Below the pieces are notes generated by a model that saw only the letters and a program-made list of their open reading frames with translations, had not been told where the DNA came from and did no database searches. Position numbers and translations under genes: made by a program. From a virus (lineage: Duplodnaviria > Caudoviricetes), in the IMG/VR virus record IMGVR_UViG_3300032232_001029, positions 1-52,417 of that record: 52,417 nucleotides of DNA; one strand, written 5' to 3'. This document shows positions 10,895 to 19,546 of the stretch, piece after piece; position 1 is the stretch's first letter, and each line of letters begins with the position of its first letter.

Positions 10895-11161
10895 TTAACC
10901 TTCAGTTGGCGGGCTGGACTCACGTTTGGCTCGCCAATTTTTTTTATACTCACTAACTTTATTTAAATTATTCTTCTGCCACTCGCGCACCTCATTAATG
11001 CGATCTTTCTTTATTATTTGGTACCTTGCCCTTTCTGCCGCCCTACAGCAGAGTTTGCACCACGCATGCAGCCCATCGCTTGATTTTCTATTAATATTAA
11101 AACAAAATAAATCCAACTGTTTCTTGCACAAGCCGCAGGTCTTAGTAGGGGCGGCCTGCAT
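10895..11161 (-). CDS. Small Zn-finger protein (HNH-associated type N-terminal domain, no nuclease)
   Basis: KTCGLCKK...DGLHAWCKLC followed by a basic helix. Confidence 0.6.
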   Translation of the reverse strand: MQAAPTKTCGLCKKQLDLFCFNINRKSSDGLHAWCKLCCRAAERARYQIIKKDRINEVREWQKNNLNKVSEYKKNWRAKRESSPPTEG

Positions 11162-11167
11162 TTTATA

Positions 11168-11407
11168 TTAAACAGTCAAATCAGATGAAACGTACTCTTG
11201 CCCCATGGGTGCTACTAAATTATTTTCAGTAATATAAGAATTTAACTCTTCTAATGTATCTGCCGTGACCATTGTTATGGGCGAAGAGGTATATCCGGAA
11301 CACTGCAAGGGTCCAATAGTAATTGAATTTGTATCTGAATCATAAATGAGCCACCAAATATTGTCGTCTGTTGGGGTGTTACTAGGTTGCTGAATTATAT
11401 TAATCAT
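11168..11407 (-). CDS. Hypothetical protein
   Basis: Co-oriented ORF directly downstream of the LRR gene. Confidence 0.55.
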   Translation of the reverse strand: MINIIQQPSNTPTDDNIWWLIYDSDTNSITIGPLQCSGYTSSPITMVTADTLEELNSYITENNLVAPMGQEYVSSDLTV

Positions 11408-11429
11408 ATTTTAAAGAATAAAAATTGTT

Positions 11430-12536
11430 TTAACTAGTAGTTATAGTCCATCCTCTTGCGGATAAGGTTGCCTTATCTGTTAATCCTTGGCCGGTGGGTG
11501 CGGAGTTTGTTCCGCCAAGAGATAAGATCCTCGTACCCGCCGTACGATTTGCCGCAACAAATGCGGCTAGGATTGCGTTCACGCCAGAACTGGGTAAAAG
11601 ATTATTTTGAGCGTAAAAGGTTCCTAAAGTACTAGATACTGATCCTCCATCAAAACCTATTATTTTGTTAGCGGAACAATCAAAATAGGTCAATCCAGTA
11701 TTGGGACTAAGAGATGGGATTGTGCCTGATATTTTGTTGGTAGCGCAAACAAAAACAGAAAGACGCTTATTGCCGCTGCCGCTAAGAGAAGGGATTACAC
11801 CTGTTATTAGGTTACTGCTACAATTAAAATTAAACAATGAGGTACTACCAGTAAGAGAGGGCATCTCAGTTAATTTGTTTCTGGCACAATCGCAAAAAAT
11901 CAACTGAGCATTATTACTAAGAGAAGGAATTGAGGCTATTTGGTTGGAACTACAATCAAAACCGGTCAGTGCGGTATTGGTATCAAGAGAGACTGTGCCT
12001 GTTATTAGGTTACCGAGACAATTTAAATAAACCAATCCGGTATTGGCGCTAAGAGAAGGCATTGCGGTTATTAGGTTGGAACTACAATTAAAATGATTCA
12101 GCTGGGCATTATTACTAAGAGAAGGAAGTGTGGTTATTTTGTTATAACTACAATTAAAAAAATTCAGCTGGGCATTATTGCTGAGAGAAGGAAGTGTGGT
12201 TATTAGGTTAATGGGACAATTTAAATAAGTCAGTCCGGTATTCGCACTAAGAGAAGGAAGTGTGGTTAATTGGTTTTTGCCACAATTTAAAGCAGAAAGA
12301 AGCGCATTACCGCTAAGAGAAGGCAATGCGGTTATTAGGTTAGTGTTACAATCGAACTGAGTCAATCCGGTATTAGCACTAACTCCAATTAGTGACTTCA
12401 AACCACACGCGACAGCATTAAGACTCGCAAGGTTCCTGAAGGGTGATACGTCCAAAGTCCCGCCATTACCAGTTGGAGTAATTGATATTCTTAGATTTGT
12501 TATATATTGGCCGCTATTGATTGAAATTGATGGCAT
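11430..12536 (-). CDS. Leucine-rich repeat protein (22-aa LRRs)
   Basis: About 11 repeats of LxxFxCxxNxITxLPSLSxNxx; C-terminal LSARGWTIT cap. Confidence 0.9.
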   Translation of the reverse strand: MPSISINSGQYITNLRISITPTGNGGTLDVSPFRNLASLNAVACGLKSLIGVSANTGLTQFDCNTNLITALPSLSGNALLSALNCGKNQLTTLPSLSANTGLTYLNCPINLITTLPSLSNNAQLNFFNCSYNKITTLPSLSNNAQLNHFNCSSNLITAMPSLSANTGLVYLNCLGNLITGTVSLDTNTALTGFDCSSNQIASIPSLSNNAQLIFCDCARNKLTEMPSLTGSTSLFNFNCSSNLITGVIPSLSGSGNKRLSVFVCATNKISGTIPSLSPNTGLTYFDCSANKIIGFDGGSVSSTLGTFYAQNNLLPSSGVNAILAAFVAANRTAGTRILSLGGTNSAPTGQGLTDKATLSARGWTITTS

Positions 12537-12610
12537 CCTGTTTAATATTACACGATTACTGAATAATTTACCCCCACTGTATTTATTAGTTTAAGTCACA
12601 TTCTTTTAAA

Positions 12611-12850
12611 ATGGATTACAATATTACCCAGAAAGATAATATAATTATGAAAACAAAATACAATAATTTTAAATTACATGAAAATGTTGAATTCTTGCAA
12701 CGCGACGTGCGCAACTGGCGTTTTGGAAAGATTGTGCAGATTATTGATGCTGAAACCAATACTTGTAGATATAAGATCTATAGCGGCACAGACATGTTCT
12801 GGGCTAGGCAGGTTATTAATGGCCAGAAAGTACAACTGGAAACATTGTAA
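12611..12850 (+). CDS. Hypothetical protein
   Basis: First plus-strand ORF after the divergence point. Confidence 0.5.
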   Translation: MDYNITQKDNIIMKTKYNNFKLHENVEFLQRDVRNWRFGKIVQIIDAETNTCRYKIYSGTDMFWARQVINGQKVQLETL

Positions 12851-13074
12851 TTTGAAAACAAGTGAAGAGCGCCAGGCGGAGGACTTTGTAATACGTACAT
12901 TAAAAAACAAGTTTCTTATATTGGCCAAACAAGAGAAATATCCTAAAACCCCAGAGATAACCGAAGAGTTAGACTTTATTGTTAGCTCGGTACGCGAGTT
13001 AGAGCGGGAGAACAGGGAAAATACGGATCAATAATTAATTTTTAATATATTAAATAAATTATATATAATACTAT

Positions 13075-13281
13075 ATGAATAAAACAGCAAAAACAAAAGA
13101 CACAGCAATTAATTTCCAGAGCCGTAAAGGGGGAAAGTGCTGCGGTGGAAAATGTGGCGTAAACAAGACCAATAGGACCAATAGGACCAATAGGACCAAT
13201 TCCACAAAGAAACTGACAGCATCAGTGCCGAAGTTATCACTTTGGCAAAAAGTGCTCGCATTTTTTCGTATCGACGGTTAA
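13075..13281 (+). CDS. Small basic hypothetical protein with TNR microrepeat
   Basis: 9-bp GACCAATAG tandem repeat; CCGGKC motif. Confidence 0.5.
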   Translation: MNKTAKTKDTAINFQSRKGGKCCGGKCGVNKTNRTNRTNRTNSTKKLTASVPKLSLWQKVLAFFRIDG

Positions 13282-13988
13282 TATTTGGTGATAAATTGGA
13301 AAAAGCACCTTATGCCGCGCGTAAGGTACATTTCCACTATCTTGGATAACTTTAGGGCTACCATTTAGTTTGTTATTACAAATACAATTACACTGACTGG
13401 AGATACATGTCATGTGATTATTTCTCATCTCTAGAAACTGGCGGCCCGGCATTTTGAATTTGTTTCATACTTTAATATACTGTTTGTATACTGTTTTTTT
13501 ATAATAGGCGGGGGTTATTTATATATTTATATATTTATATATATGTTTGTATTTACTAGTGCGGATTTTATCGAATATTCCGCGACAGTCTATTTAGAAA
13601 TGTTTTATTTATCATTGTTGTGTGCTTGTACGAGTACAATGCGCGCGCCGGGTTAGGCGAGGCAGCGGTGGGGGCACTGATTTGTGTATTTTTTTATGGT
13701 TAAAGCGGTTCAGTCAGTGGCTTAGCCGACATTCGCACGTAAATAGGTTCGTGGCGGCGAAGATTTCTGAATAAGGTAGTTATTTTAGTAGGGGAGAAGG
13801 AAGTTGGACCCACCCGACCGCTTCCGGGTGAAAAGGTCAAGCTTTTTTTCAAAAAGAGGGGGGGATAATGATGTATGACAAATGTCTTGCACTGACATAC
13901 TATGTCGAAACTTGACACTCGATGCCGGTCACGAAATAAAAATAAAATAATTGTTGTGTTTCTTTGTTAATCTCCCTATGATGAAGCC

Positions 13989-14144
13989 ATGAAAGATAAG
14001 AACAGCAAGACGGTTAACGCAGAGATAGAGAGCATCTATCTGATGCTTGGGTACGATGCCTTTATGGCACGAGTGATGGCTCTTAACCATGAGGCCGCTC
14101 TAGTAGCCAAGGCGAATCTGGCCGCTGATCCCTATGCACATTGA
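13989..14144 (+). CDS. 51-aa early protein, MKDKNS family
   Basis: MKDKNSKTV...NLAADPYAH; paralogous to 17255-17377; TATGAT 6 nt upstream. Confidence 0.7.
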   Translation: MKDKNSKTVNAEIESIYLMLGYDAFMARVMALNHEAALVAKANLAADPYAH

Positions 14145-14188
14145 AATAAATTCTTTACATACTTACAATAATCACCGATACTCTACCC

Positions 14189-14335
14189 ATGAACAAACAC
14201 CTCATTGATCTCTATACATACCTCATCAAGCTCTCTATCAGATCAGAGCGTAGCGGTAATCATCTTGCAATGCGTCTCTACTACTCTGCCTCCCTACTAG
14301 TGCTGGATATCAAGCACGAACTCTCCTCACGCTAG
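14189..14335 (+). CDS. 48-aa hypothetical protein
   Basis: ATG...TAG ORF with TTTACA-17-GATACT promoter ending 6 nt upstream. Confidence 0.55.
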   Translation: MNKHLIDLYTYLIKLSIRSERSGNHLAMRLYYSASLLVLDIKHELSSR

Positions 14336-14353
14336 TCAACAACATAACACCAC

Positions 14354-14467
14354 ATGAAACACCACATTGAATCTCTAATCATTATCACTTCATTCCTTGC
14401 TTTCGGGCTTGTCATGCTCTTTGCAGTTGGTACTATCACCCTAGCAATCGAAACCTTTACCAAGTAA
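14354..14467 (+). CDS. 37-aa membrane peptide
   Basis: MKHHIESLIIITSFLAFGLVMLFAVGTITLAIETFTK. Confidence 0.55.
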   Translation: MKHHIESLIIITSFLAFGLVMLFAVGTITLAIETFTK

Positions 14468-14471
14468 CACA

Positions 14472-14567
14472 ATGAAACAAAAAATCTTTATCACTATCCT
14501 CTCTCTCATTGCCCTTCTCCCCATCGTTGGCATCCTTTACTACGCTGACCAGATCTGTAACCACTAA
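14472..14567 (+). CDS. 31-aa membrane peptide
   Basis: MKQKIFITILSLIALLPIVGILYYADQICNH; TAATG coupling to the next ORF. Confidence 0.55.
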   Translation: MKQKIFITILSLIALLPIVGILYYADQICNH

Positions 14568-14623
14568 TGGAGCTAATACTTATCGCCTTCCTTGTTGCCA
14601 TAGTAATACATCATAACCGATAA
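14567..14623 (+). CDS. 18-aa hydrophobic peptide
   Basis: MELILIAFLVAIVIHHNR; similar to 24757-24819. Confidence 0.5.
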   Translation: MELILIAFLVAIVIHHNR

Positions 14624-14629
14624 CACGAT

Positions 14630-14782
14630 ATGCGACACTACATCACCTATACTATACTAGTACTCATCCTGTCTATGCTAGCTCCTAGCTCTAATGCTAG
14701 CTGGCCGCGTAACTCTATGTCAGGACACGGCAAGCATGGCACATCAGGTAGCTATGCTGGCACTAGCCATCATCGTCGCTAA
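14630..14782 (+). CDS. 50-aa peptide with signal-like N-terminus
   Basis: MRHYITYILLVLILSMLAPSSNA-SW... then a G/S/H-rich tail. Confidence 0.5.
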   Translation: MRHYITYTILVLILSMLAPSSNASWPRNSMSGHGKHGTSGSYAGTSHHRR

Positions 14783-14938
14783 CCCTACCTTGTATGACCA
14801 TTGTCCAACAGATACAGTTCAAGCGTCACATCTCTGATACGTTACGTAGGCGAGGCGTTAAGTTAGGTATGTATCCAGAGTACGAAAGGCGCGTATATAA
14901 CATCTATATGCGTGTATGGCAAGCACAACAAGATCGGC

Positions 14939-14984
14939 GTAAGTAACTACACATCAATGACTTACAGCGCCGGGTCCCGCCCGG
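14939..14984 (+). repeat. Cassette-boundary element copy 1 (box + GC core)
   Basis: GTAAGT-N15-ACTTAC agcg CCGGGT-CCC-GCCCGG. Confidence 0.92.
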
Positions 14985-15163
14985 TCAGCATGTCTTACAG
15001 TGTAGACCCGCATAGAATGGGCCTCTACAGCTACCCTGCTACCCGTAGATGAAGGTACGCAATACAGATACAGGCTTACAGGTCAAGCCTTTTCATAATA
15101 AAAAAGTTCATACAATCGAAAGATTTTCCTCGTCTTTTTGGGTGATCTTGGTATTCTTTAATC

Positions 15164-15403
15164 ATGAACAATATGAATAACACACAGCAAGTCACTCTCA
15201 CTCTCAATGGTCGGGAAGTCGATCTTCACTCAATCAATATCGAAGGCGTAGATCGTCAAGATTATCCAGATTTCTGTGATGCTTTTATCAGTGAGGCGGT
15301 TTGGATGAATAATGGCACAGCACTCGATGATGAGGAGTTAGAACAACTCACAGAAGAAAATGGTTGCTTGGTCAATGAGTTGGCACACGAACAAATGTTT
15401 TAA
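15164..15403 (+). CDS. Acidic small phage protein
   Basis: GVDRQDYPDFCDAFISEA motif; promoter -10 6 nt before the ATG. Confidence 0.75.
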   Translation: MNNMNNTQQVTLTLNGREVDLHSINIEGVDRQDYPDFCDAFISEAVWMNNGTALDDEELEQLTEENGCLVNELAHEQMF

Positions 15404-15454
15404 AAACTCAAAAATAAATCTTGCAATAATCCCACAATCTGAAAGAATAGACCT

Positions 15455-15634
15455 ATGAAAAGAAAGACAAAAGAAAATCCCCTAAAGGCTCAGATCCTAC
15501 GATTCTCTGAAAACCTCTTAGAACATACTAGGATCGTGGAAAAGATTCAGAATGACATTTCGGAAGCCATTAAAAATAATGAAAATAAAATCTTTACAAT
15601 GCCAGTAATAGAGGGTAGAATCGTAAAAGAATAA
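15455..15634 (+). CDS. 59-aa hypothetical protein
   Basis: ORF MKRKTKENPL... with TTGCAA -35 box upstream. Confidence 0.55.
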   Translation: MKRKTKENPLKAQILRFSENLLEHTRIVEKIQNDISEAIKNNENKIFTMPVIEGRIVKE

Positions 15635-15661
15635 AAGAACGAAAGAACGAAAGAAAAGAAT

Positions 15662-15952
15662 ATGAACACAAAATACATCAACGAAAAACAGCTCGCAGCA
15701 TTGAACTCCCTTAGAGTTGGCGGTATCTATAATTCACAATATGGAGTCATCCGTTACGATGGCGAAGGCCTCACAAGTGCAATCAACGCAAGGAGTGGGA
15801 ATCCAAGACTTGTCACCTGTGGAATGATTAACAATGAGCTTTTAAACTCTCTCTCCCCTTCTGAAATGTCTTCCGATGATTTTGAGGCTAGCAGGAAGCA
15901 GTCCACGCTTGCGGTCTCCGAGTTTTATGAATCCACTAGAATTGAACCATAA
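15662..15952 (+). CDS. Hypothetical protein
   Basis: ORF track, co-oriented within the cassette. Confidence 0.65.
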   Translation: MNTKYINEKQLAALNSLRVGGIYNSQYGVIRYDGEGLTSAINARSGNPRLVTCGMINNELLNSLSPSEMSSDDFEASRKQSTLAVSEFYESTRIEP

Positions 15953-16068
15953 AATTAACCACTTAACATCATGAGCGTTCAAAGAATCTTCCTTCATGTT
16001 AATTGCATGATTCATCGTCCTAAAAATTGGCGTTTCTATATGTTAGGAATAATCAGAGAGCTTATAGC

Positions 16069-16114
16069 ATAAGTCCCTCATTATCAACGACTTACGCAGC
16101 CGGGCCCCGCCCGG
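16069..16114 (+). repeat. Cassette-boundary element copy 2
   Basis: ATAAGT-N15-ACTTAC gcag CCGGGC-CCC-GCCCGG. Confidence 0.92.
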
Positions 16115-16221
16115 TATGGTACTGTAAGACAAGCGGTTTGTCAAGCTTTTTCTCAATAAAAAGTTTATCACACACGAATTTTTTTGTTGTTTTTTTAGGT
16201 GTGCCATGCTATCTTTTAACC

Positions 16222-16350
16222 ATGAAAGATAAGAACAGCACAAGACAAAGAATCATCGAACTCCGTAAGATTGAACTCAAGAAGCTCTCAGAGATCAAGG
16301 GTCGATTGTACGACAAAGGATTCTGGGTTCCCAAGAAAACCCAAAAATAA
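16222..16350 (+). CDS. 42-aa basic protein, MKDKNS N-terminus
   Basis: True start of track ORF 16027-16350; TATCTT 6 nt upstream. Confidence 0.6.
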   Translation: MKDKNSTRQRIIELRKIELKKLSEIKGRLYDKGFWVPKKTQK

Positions 16351-16388
16351 ATCTTGCCAAACCTTCACCTCTAACCCATAATCAAATC

Positions 16389-16619
16389 ATGAAAATTGAC
16401 ATCACCCACAACACCGCTTCGGAACTCATGCTTCGTGCAGTCAACGACCGCGAACTCTCAACCCTCATCCAGAGGAGCTTTGAGGAATACGACTTGGGAC
16501 TCATCAAGCGTCAACTCGCTAGGGCTTTTGCCTACACGGGCGCACAGATGACCGCCTTTGAGGAGGAATGGAAGCTCGCTTACGATGACTGGTACTGGGA
16601 AAATTGCCCCCAAGATTAA
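16389..16619 (+). CDS. Hypothetical protein
   Basis: TTGCCA-17-CATAAT-6-ATG. Confidence 0.7.
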   Translation: MKIDITHNTASELMLRAVNDRELSTLIQRSFEEYDLGLIKRQLARAFAYTGAQMTAFEEEWKLAYDDWYWENCPQD

Positions 16620-16623
16620 CAAC

Positions 16624-16755
16624 ATGAAAACAAAACGATTTATAATCCAATTAAAAGACATTAGGCCACGCCATCACTTTGCCCCTGCCCAGAAGTTAAT
16701 AGGCTCGAAAAAAGCCTATAAACGCAAGGCTAAACATCGGCAAGCAATGGATTAG
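16624..16755 (+). CDS. ArfA-like basic peptide (paralog 1)
   Basis: MKTKRFIIQLKDIRPRHHFAPAQKLIGSKKAYKRKAKHR; KK.Y.RK.KH resembles the ArfA core. Confidence 0.55.
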   Translation: MKTKRFIIQLKDIRPRHHFAPAQKLIGSKKAYKRKAKHRQAMD

Positions 16756-16756
16756 T

Positions 16757-16802
16757 ATAAGTCGCTGATACTGAGTGACTTACAGCGCCGGGCCCCGCCG
16801 GG
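16757..16802 (+). repeat. Cassette-boundary element copy 3
   Basis: ATAAGT-N15-ACTTAC agcg CCGGGC-CCC-GCCGGG. Confidence 0.92.
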
Positions 16803-16909
16803 CAAGTATACTGTAAGACAAGCGAATAGTCAAGCACAAAATAAAAAAGAATTTTTAATAGTACGAAAGTTTTTGTTGCGTTCTGGTGGCTCCATGCTAT
16901 TCTGTACTC

Positions 16910-17128
16910 ATGACAAACACGAACACCCTCGCCCCTTCCGAAACCCTTACTGATGCCGAGCTTGCGGCTCGTGAGGATGCCCTTCACGCTCGCGAAATGG
17001 CCGAGTATGAGGCTCGTATGAACGAGGCTGATGAATGTTCTTGTCCTACAGACGCAGACCCTGTAGACCTTTACGGGGGCGACGATTTCTCCAACGAGTA
17101 TATAGAAGGAGATCAGGGAGAGTGGTAA
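16910..17128 (+). CDS. Acidic small protein
   Basis: MTNTNTLAP..., D/E-rich; TTGCGT-16-TATTCT-6-ATG. Confidence 0.7.
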   Translation: MTNTNTLAPSETLTDAELAAREDALHAREMAEYEARMNEADECSCPTDADPVDLYGGDDFSNEYIEGDQGEW

Positions 17129-17170
17129 ACCCCTGATAGTCAACCACTTACAGAGCCCGGCCCCGCCCGG
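17125..17170 (+). repeat. Cassette-boundary element copy 4
   Basis: GTAAAC-N15-ACTTAC agag CCCGGC-CCC-GCCCGG; the upstream stop codon lies in the left arm. Confidence 0.9.
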
Positions 17171-17254
17171 TGTCAAGCATTTTTTACAAAAAAAACTTTA
17201 CCGAAAGCAAAAATAGTTCTTGTAAAAATCTCAGATCCTAGGTAGTATGAATAC

Positions 17255-17377
17255 ATGAAAGATAAGAAAAGCCAAACAATCAAAGCAGATCCCTTTATGG
17301 AGAAGGTGATGAGACTGAACAAGATTGCTGCAGAGATCGCAAAGAAAAACCTTGCGGCTGATCCCTATAGACACTAA
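17255..17377 (+). CDS. 40-aa protein, MKDK family
   Basis: MKDKKSQT...NLAADPYRH; paralog of 13989-14144. Confidence 0.7.
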   Translation: MKDKKSQTIKADPFMEKVMRLNKIAAEIAKKNLAADPYRH

Positions 17378-17399
17378 AATAATAACAGAAAGAAAGAAT

Positions 17400-17777
17400 A
17401 TGAAAAATAAAGTAATCACAGTTGACTTCGATGAAACCCTAGCAAAAACTCATGAGGTCTGGAATGGCATTGAACATCTTGATCATGGAACGCTAACCCC
17501 TATACAGGAAATCTTTGAAATTGTCTTTGATAAGTCAAAGCATGGGTACGACATCTGGATTGTGAGTTTCCGTAGTTGGGATCATATGCATGAGGTTCAG
17601 CAGTTCGTAGTAGATCACAACCTTCCTATCACTGGAATGATCGCAACAAAAGGTGAGCCAAAACTTCCACATTTACAGGTGTTAGATAGTGTGCTACACA
17701 TTGATGATAATGTAGAGACAATTCTAGAAGCAAATCGTAATGGTATACATGGTATGTTAGTAGCAGTAAAAGAGTAA
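17400..17777 (+). CDS. HAD-superfamily phosphatase-like protein
   Basis: ITVDFDETL motif I and LHIDD motif; paralog of 49811-50236. Confidence 0.75.
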   Translation: MKNKVITVDFDETLAKTHEVWNGIEHLDHGTLTPIQEIFEIVFDKSKHGYDIWIVSFRSWDHMHEVQQFVVDHNLPITGMIATKGEPKLPHLQVLDSVLHIDDNVETILEANRNGIHGMLVAVKE

Positions 17778-17782
17778 ACGGC

Positions 17783-17828
17783 ATAAGTTGCTGATACTGA
17801 ACTACTTACGCCGCCGGGCCCCGCCCGG
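17783..17828 (+). repeat. Cassette-boundary element copy 5
   Basis: ATAAGT-N15-ACTTAC gccg CCGGGC-CCC-GCCCGG. Confidence 0.92.
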
Positions 17829-18000
17829 TCGGTCGGTCTTACACTGTAGACCCGCATAAACACTGGCTCTAGCGGTAGGGTATAGGCTGCGGATTGATGT
17901 TAACGCTTTTAGTACACGACGACAGGATGTGTCGCCGCTACCTACGCATAGCCGCACGATTTTCGTAGCGTTTTTCGGGTGATCGTGATATGCTTACAGC

Positions 18001-18135
18001 ATGAAAAATAACACAAATCAAACCTCCCAAGAGTGGGAGATCGCTCGTTTTAACAGAGAGGCTAATAAATGGGCTTCTCGCAAATCTCGCTGGAATGCTT
18101 GGAAACAAGCACAGAAAAAAGTTACAACAAAGTAA
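18001..18135 (+). CDS. 44-aa hypothetical protein
   Basis: MKNNTNQTSQEWEIARF...; TATGCT 6 nt upstream. Confidence 0.6.
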   Translation: MKNNTNQTSQEWEIARFNREANKWASRKSRWNAWKQAQKKVTTK

Positions 18136-18178
18136 TTTTCATTCTTTACAATCAACCTTAACCCTATATACTACTACT

Positions 18179-18550
18179 ATGAATAATAACAATACCCTTA
18201 CCGACACTTTCACCCCTAGCTTCACCCCGAACATTGGGCTGGCTCTCTGCATTAACTGGGGAGCCGCTGGAGTTTACGAACTTATCAGCGACACTCGCAC
18301 GAACGATTCGGGCGAGTATGAGTTGAAGATCCACACTTCACTCGGAAGCGAGGTTGACTTCTTCGGTGATCGCAAGTCCTACAACTGGTTCACCGCTGGT
18401 CGCTGGTTCACCCTTCGTGAGATGAGCGAGCGTTTTGAAGAGACTCGTGCGGCATTTCGTGAGTGCTACAACAACCCGAACTGGTCGGGAACCAAGGTCT
18501 ACAACATGGCCGAAGTTAAGTTCAGTAAACCTCTCTCTGAGCGTTACTAA
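18179..18550 (+). CDS. Hypothetical protein
   Basis: Start reassigned to ATG 18179 (TTTACA-16-TATACT-6-ATG). Confidence 0.7.
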   Translation: MNNNNTLTDTFTPSFTPNIGLALCINWGAAGVYELISDTRTNDSGEYELKIHTSLGSEVDFFGDRKSYNWFTAGRWFTLREMSERFEETRAAFRECYNNPNWSGTKVYNMAEVKFSKPLSERY

Positions 18551-18592
18551 TCTTTAACAATTAACATCACCACTAACCCCATTACTAACATC

Positions 18593-18784
18593 ATGAAAAA
18601 TAAACAAAAAGAACTCAGTTGGAACGCCAAATTTCAAGCCTCGGTAGCCCTTAGGACTATCATCACTAAACAATGGATAAATCGCAGAAATGTGCAAAAA
18701 ATTCCTACATTTAAATCCTCAGTTGACTTCTGGACTAAGGAGCTTCGGTCTAACATCTCCGCTTACAGGGAACTCAACTCATAA
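18593..18784 (+). CDS. Hypothetical protein
   Basis: C-terminal LRSNISAYR resembles VRDNISAYR of 22179-22388. Confidence 0.6.
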   Translation: MKNKQKELSWNAKFQASVALRTIITKQWINRRNVQKIPTFKSSVDFWTKELRSNISAYRELNS

Positions 18785-18788
18785 CACC

Positions 18789-18920
18789 ATGAAAAGCAAA
18801 CGATTTATAATTCAATTAAAAGATATTAAGCAGCGGCATCACTTTGCCCCTAGCCAGAAGTTAATTGATTCAAAAAAGCGTTACAAACGAAAAGCTAAAC
18901 ATCGACACCAAGACCAATAG
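18789..18920 (+). CDS. ArfA-like basic peptide (paralog 2)
   Basis: MKSKRFIIQLKDIKQRHHFAPSQKLIDSKKRYKRKAKHR. Confidence 0.55.
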   Translation: MKSKRFIIQLKDIKQRHHFAPSQKLIDSKKRYKRKAKHRHQDQ

Positions 18921-18922
18921 TC

Positions 18923-18968
18923 GTAACACCCTCTAAATCAACGACTTACGCCGCCGGGGCCCGCCCGG
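18923..18968 (+). repeat. Cassette-boundary element copy 6
   Basis: GTAACA-N15-ACTTAC gccg CCGGGG-CCC-GCCCGG-like core. Confidence 0.88.
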
Positions 18969-19102
18969 CTCGCGCTGTCTTACAAATGCTTACCGTGTCA
19001 TACAATCTCGCACCATATATTGTCAAGCGTTTTCTCCCATCCGGTCGAAATTTTATTATAAATAATTATTGCATACCGGCATCTTTTTGGTATTCTGTAC
19101 TC

Positions 19103-19252
19103 ATGAACGACACACTAATCGACCCGAAAGAAATGGCCGCTGATGATCTCGCCGCTAATGCGGCAGAGTACGAGCAATGGCTCGACTGGTGCAACGAGCT
19201 TGAAGCCGTTGTTGCCGAACATGGCAACCCTAACGCTTGGAGTTGGGCTTGA
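19103..19252 (+). CDS. 49-aa acidic protein
   Basis: MNDTLIDPKEMAADD...; TTGCAT-16-TATTCT-6-ATG. Confidence 0.65.
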   Translation: MNDTLIDPKEMAADDLAANAAEYEQWLDWCNELEAVVAEHGNPNAWSWA

Positions 19253-19283
19253 CACAATAATAAAAATCCTTTTTAATTACTTT

Positions 19284-19505
19284 ATGACAACCGACACACT
19301 ACAGACTGATGCCTGCCCCCAATGGCGAGAGCTTGGCCCTGACGAGACGATCCAAGAGGGTGATGAGTTTAAATCTGACGATAGAGGATGGAGGCCAGTA
19401 CATTATTGGGCCATCGGGAAAAATTCCTCATATTTTATCTTACACTTCCGCACCCACCGCCCGTTGCCGCCTGTAGTAGATCAGACGCAATCCATAACTA
19501 AATAA
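19284..19505 (+). CDS. TDTPRTDA-family protein 1
   Basis: MTTDTLQTDACPQWRELGPDETIQEGDEF; TTGACA-17-TTTAAT-6-ATG. Confidence 0.7.
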   Translation: MTTDTLQTDACPQWRELGPDETIQEGDEFKSDDRGWRPVHYWAIGKNSSYFILHFRTHRPLPPVVDQTQSITK

Positions 19506-19546
19506 GAAATCAGTTATTGATGAATATACCTAAAACCTTAAATAAG

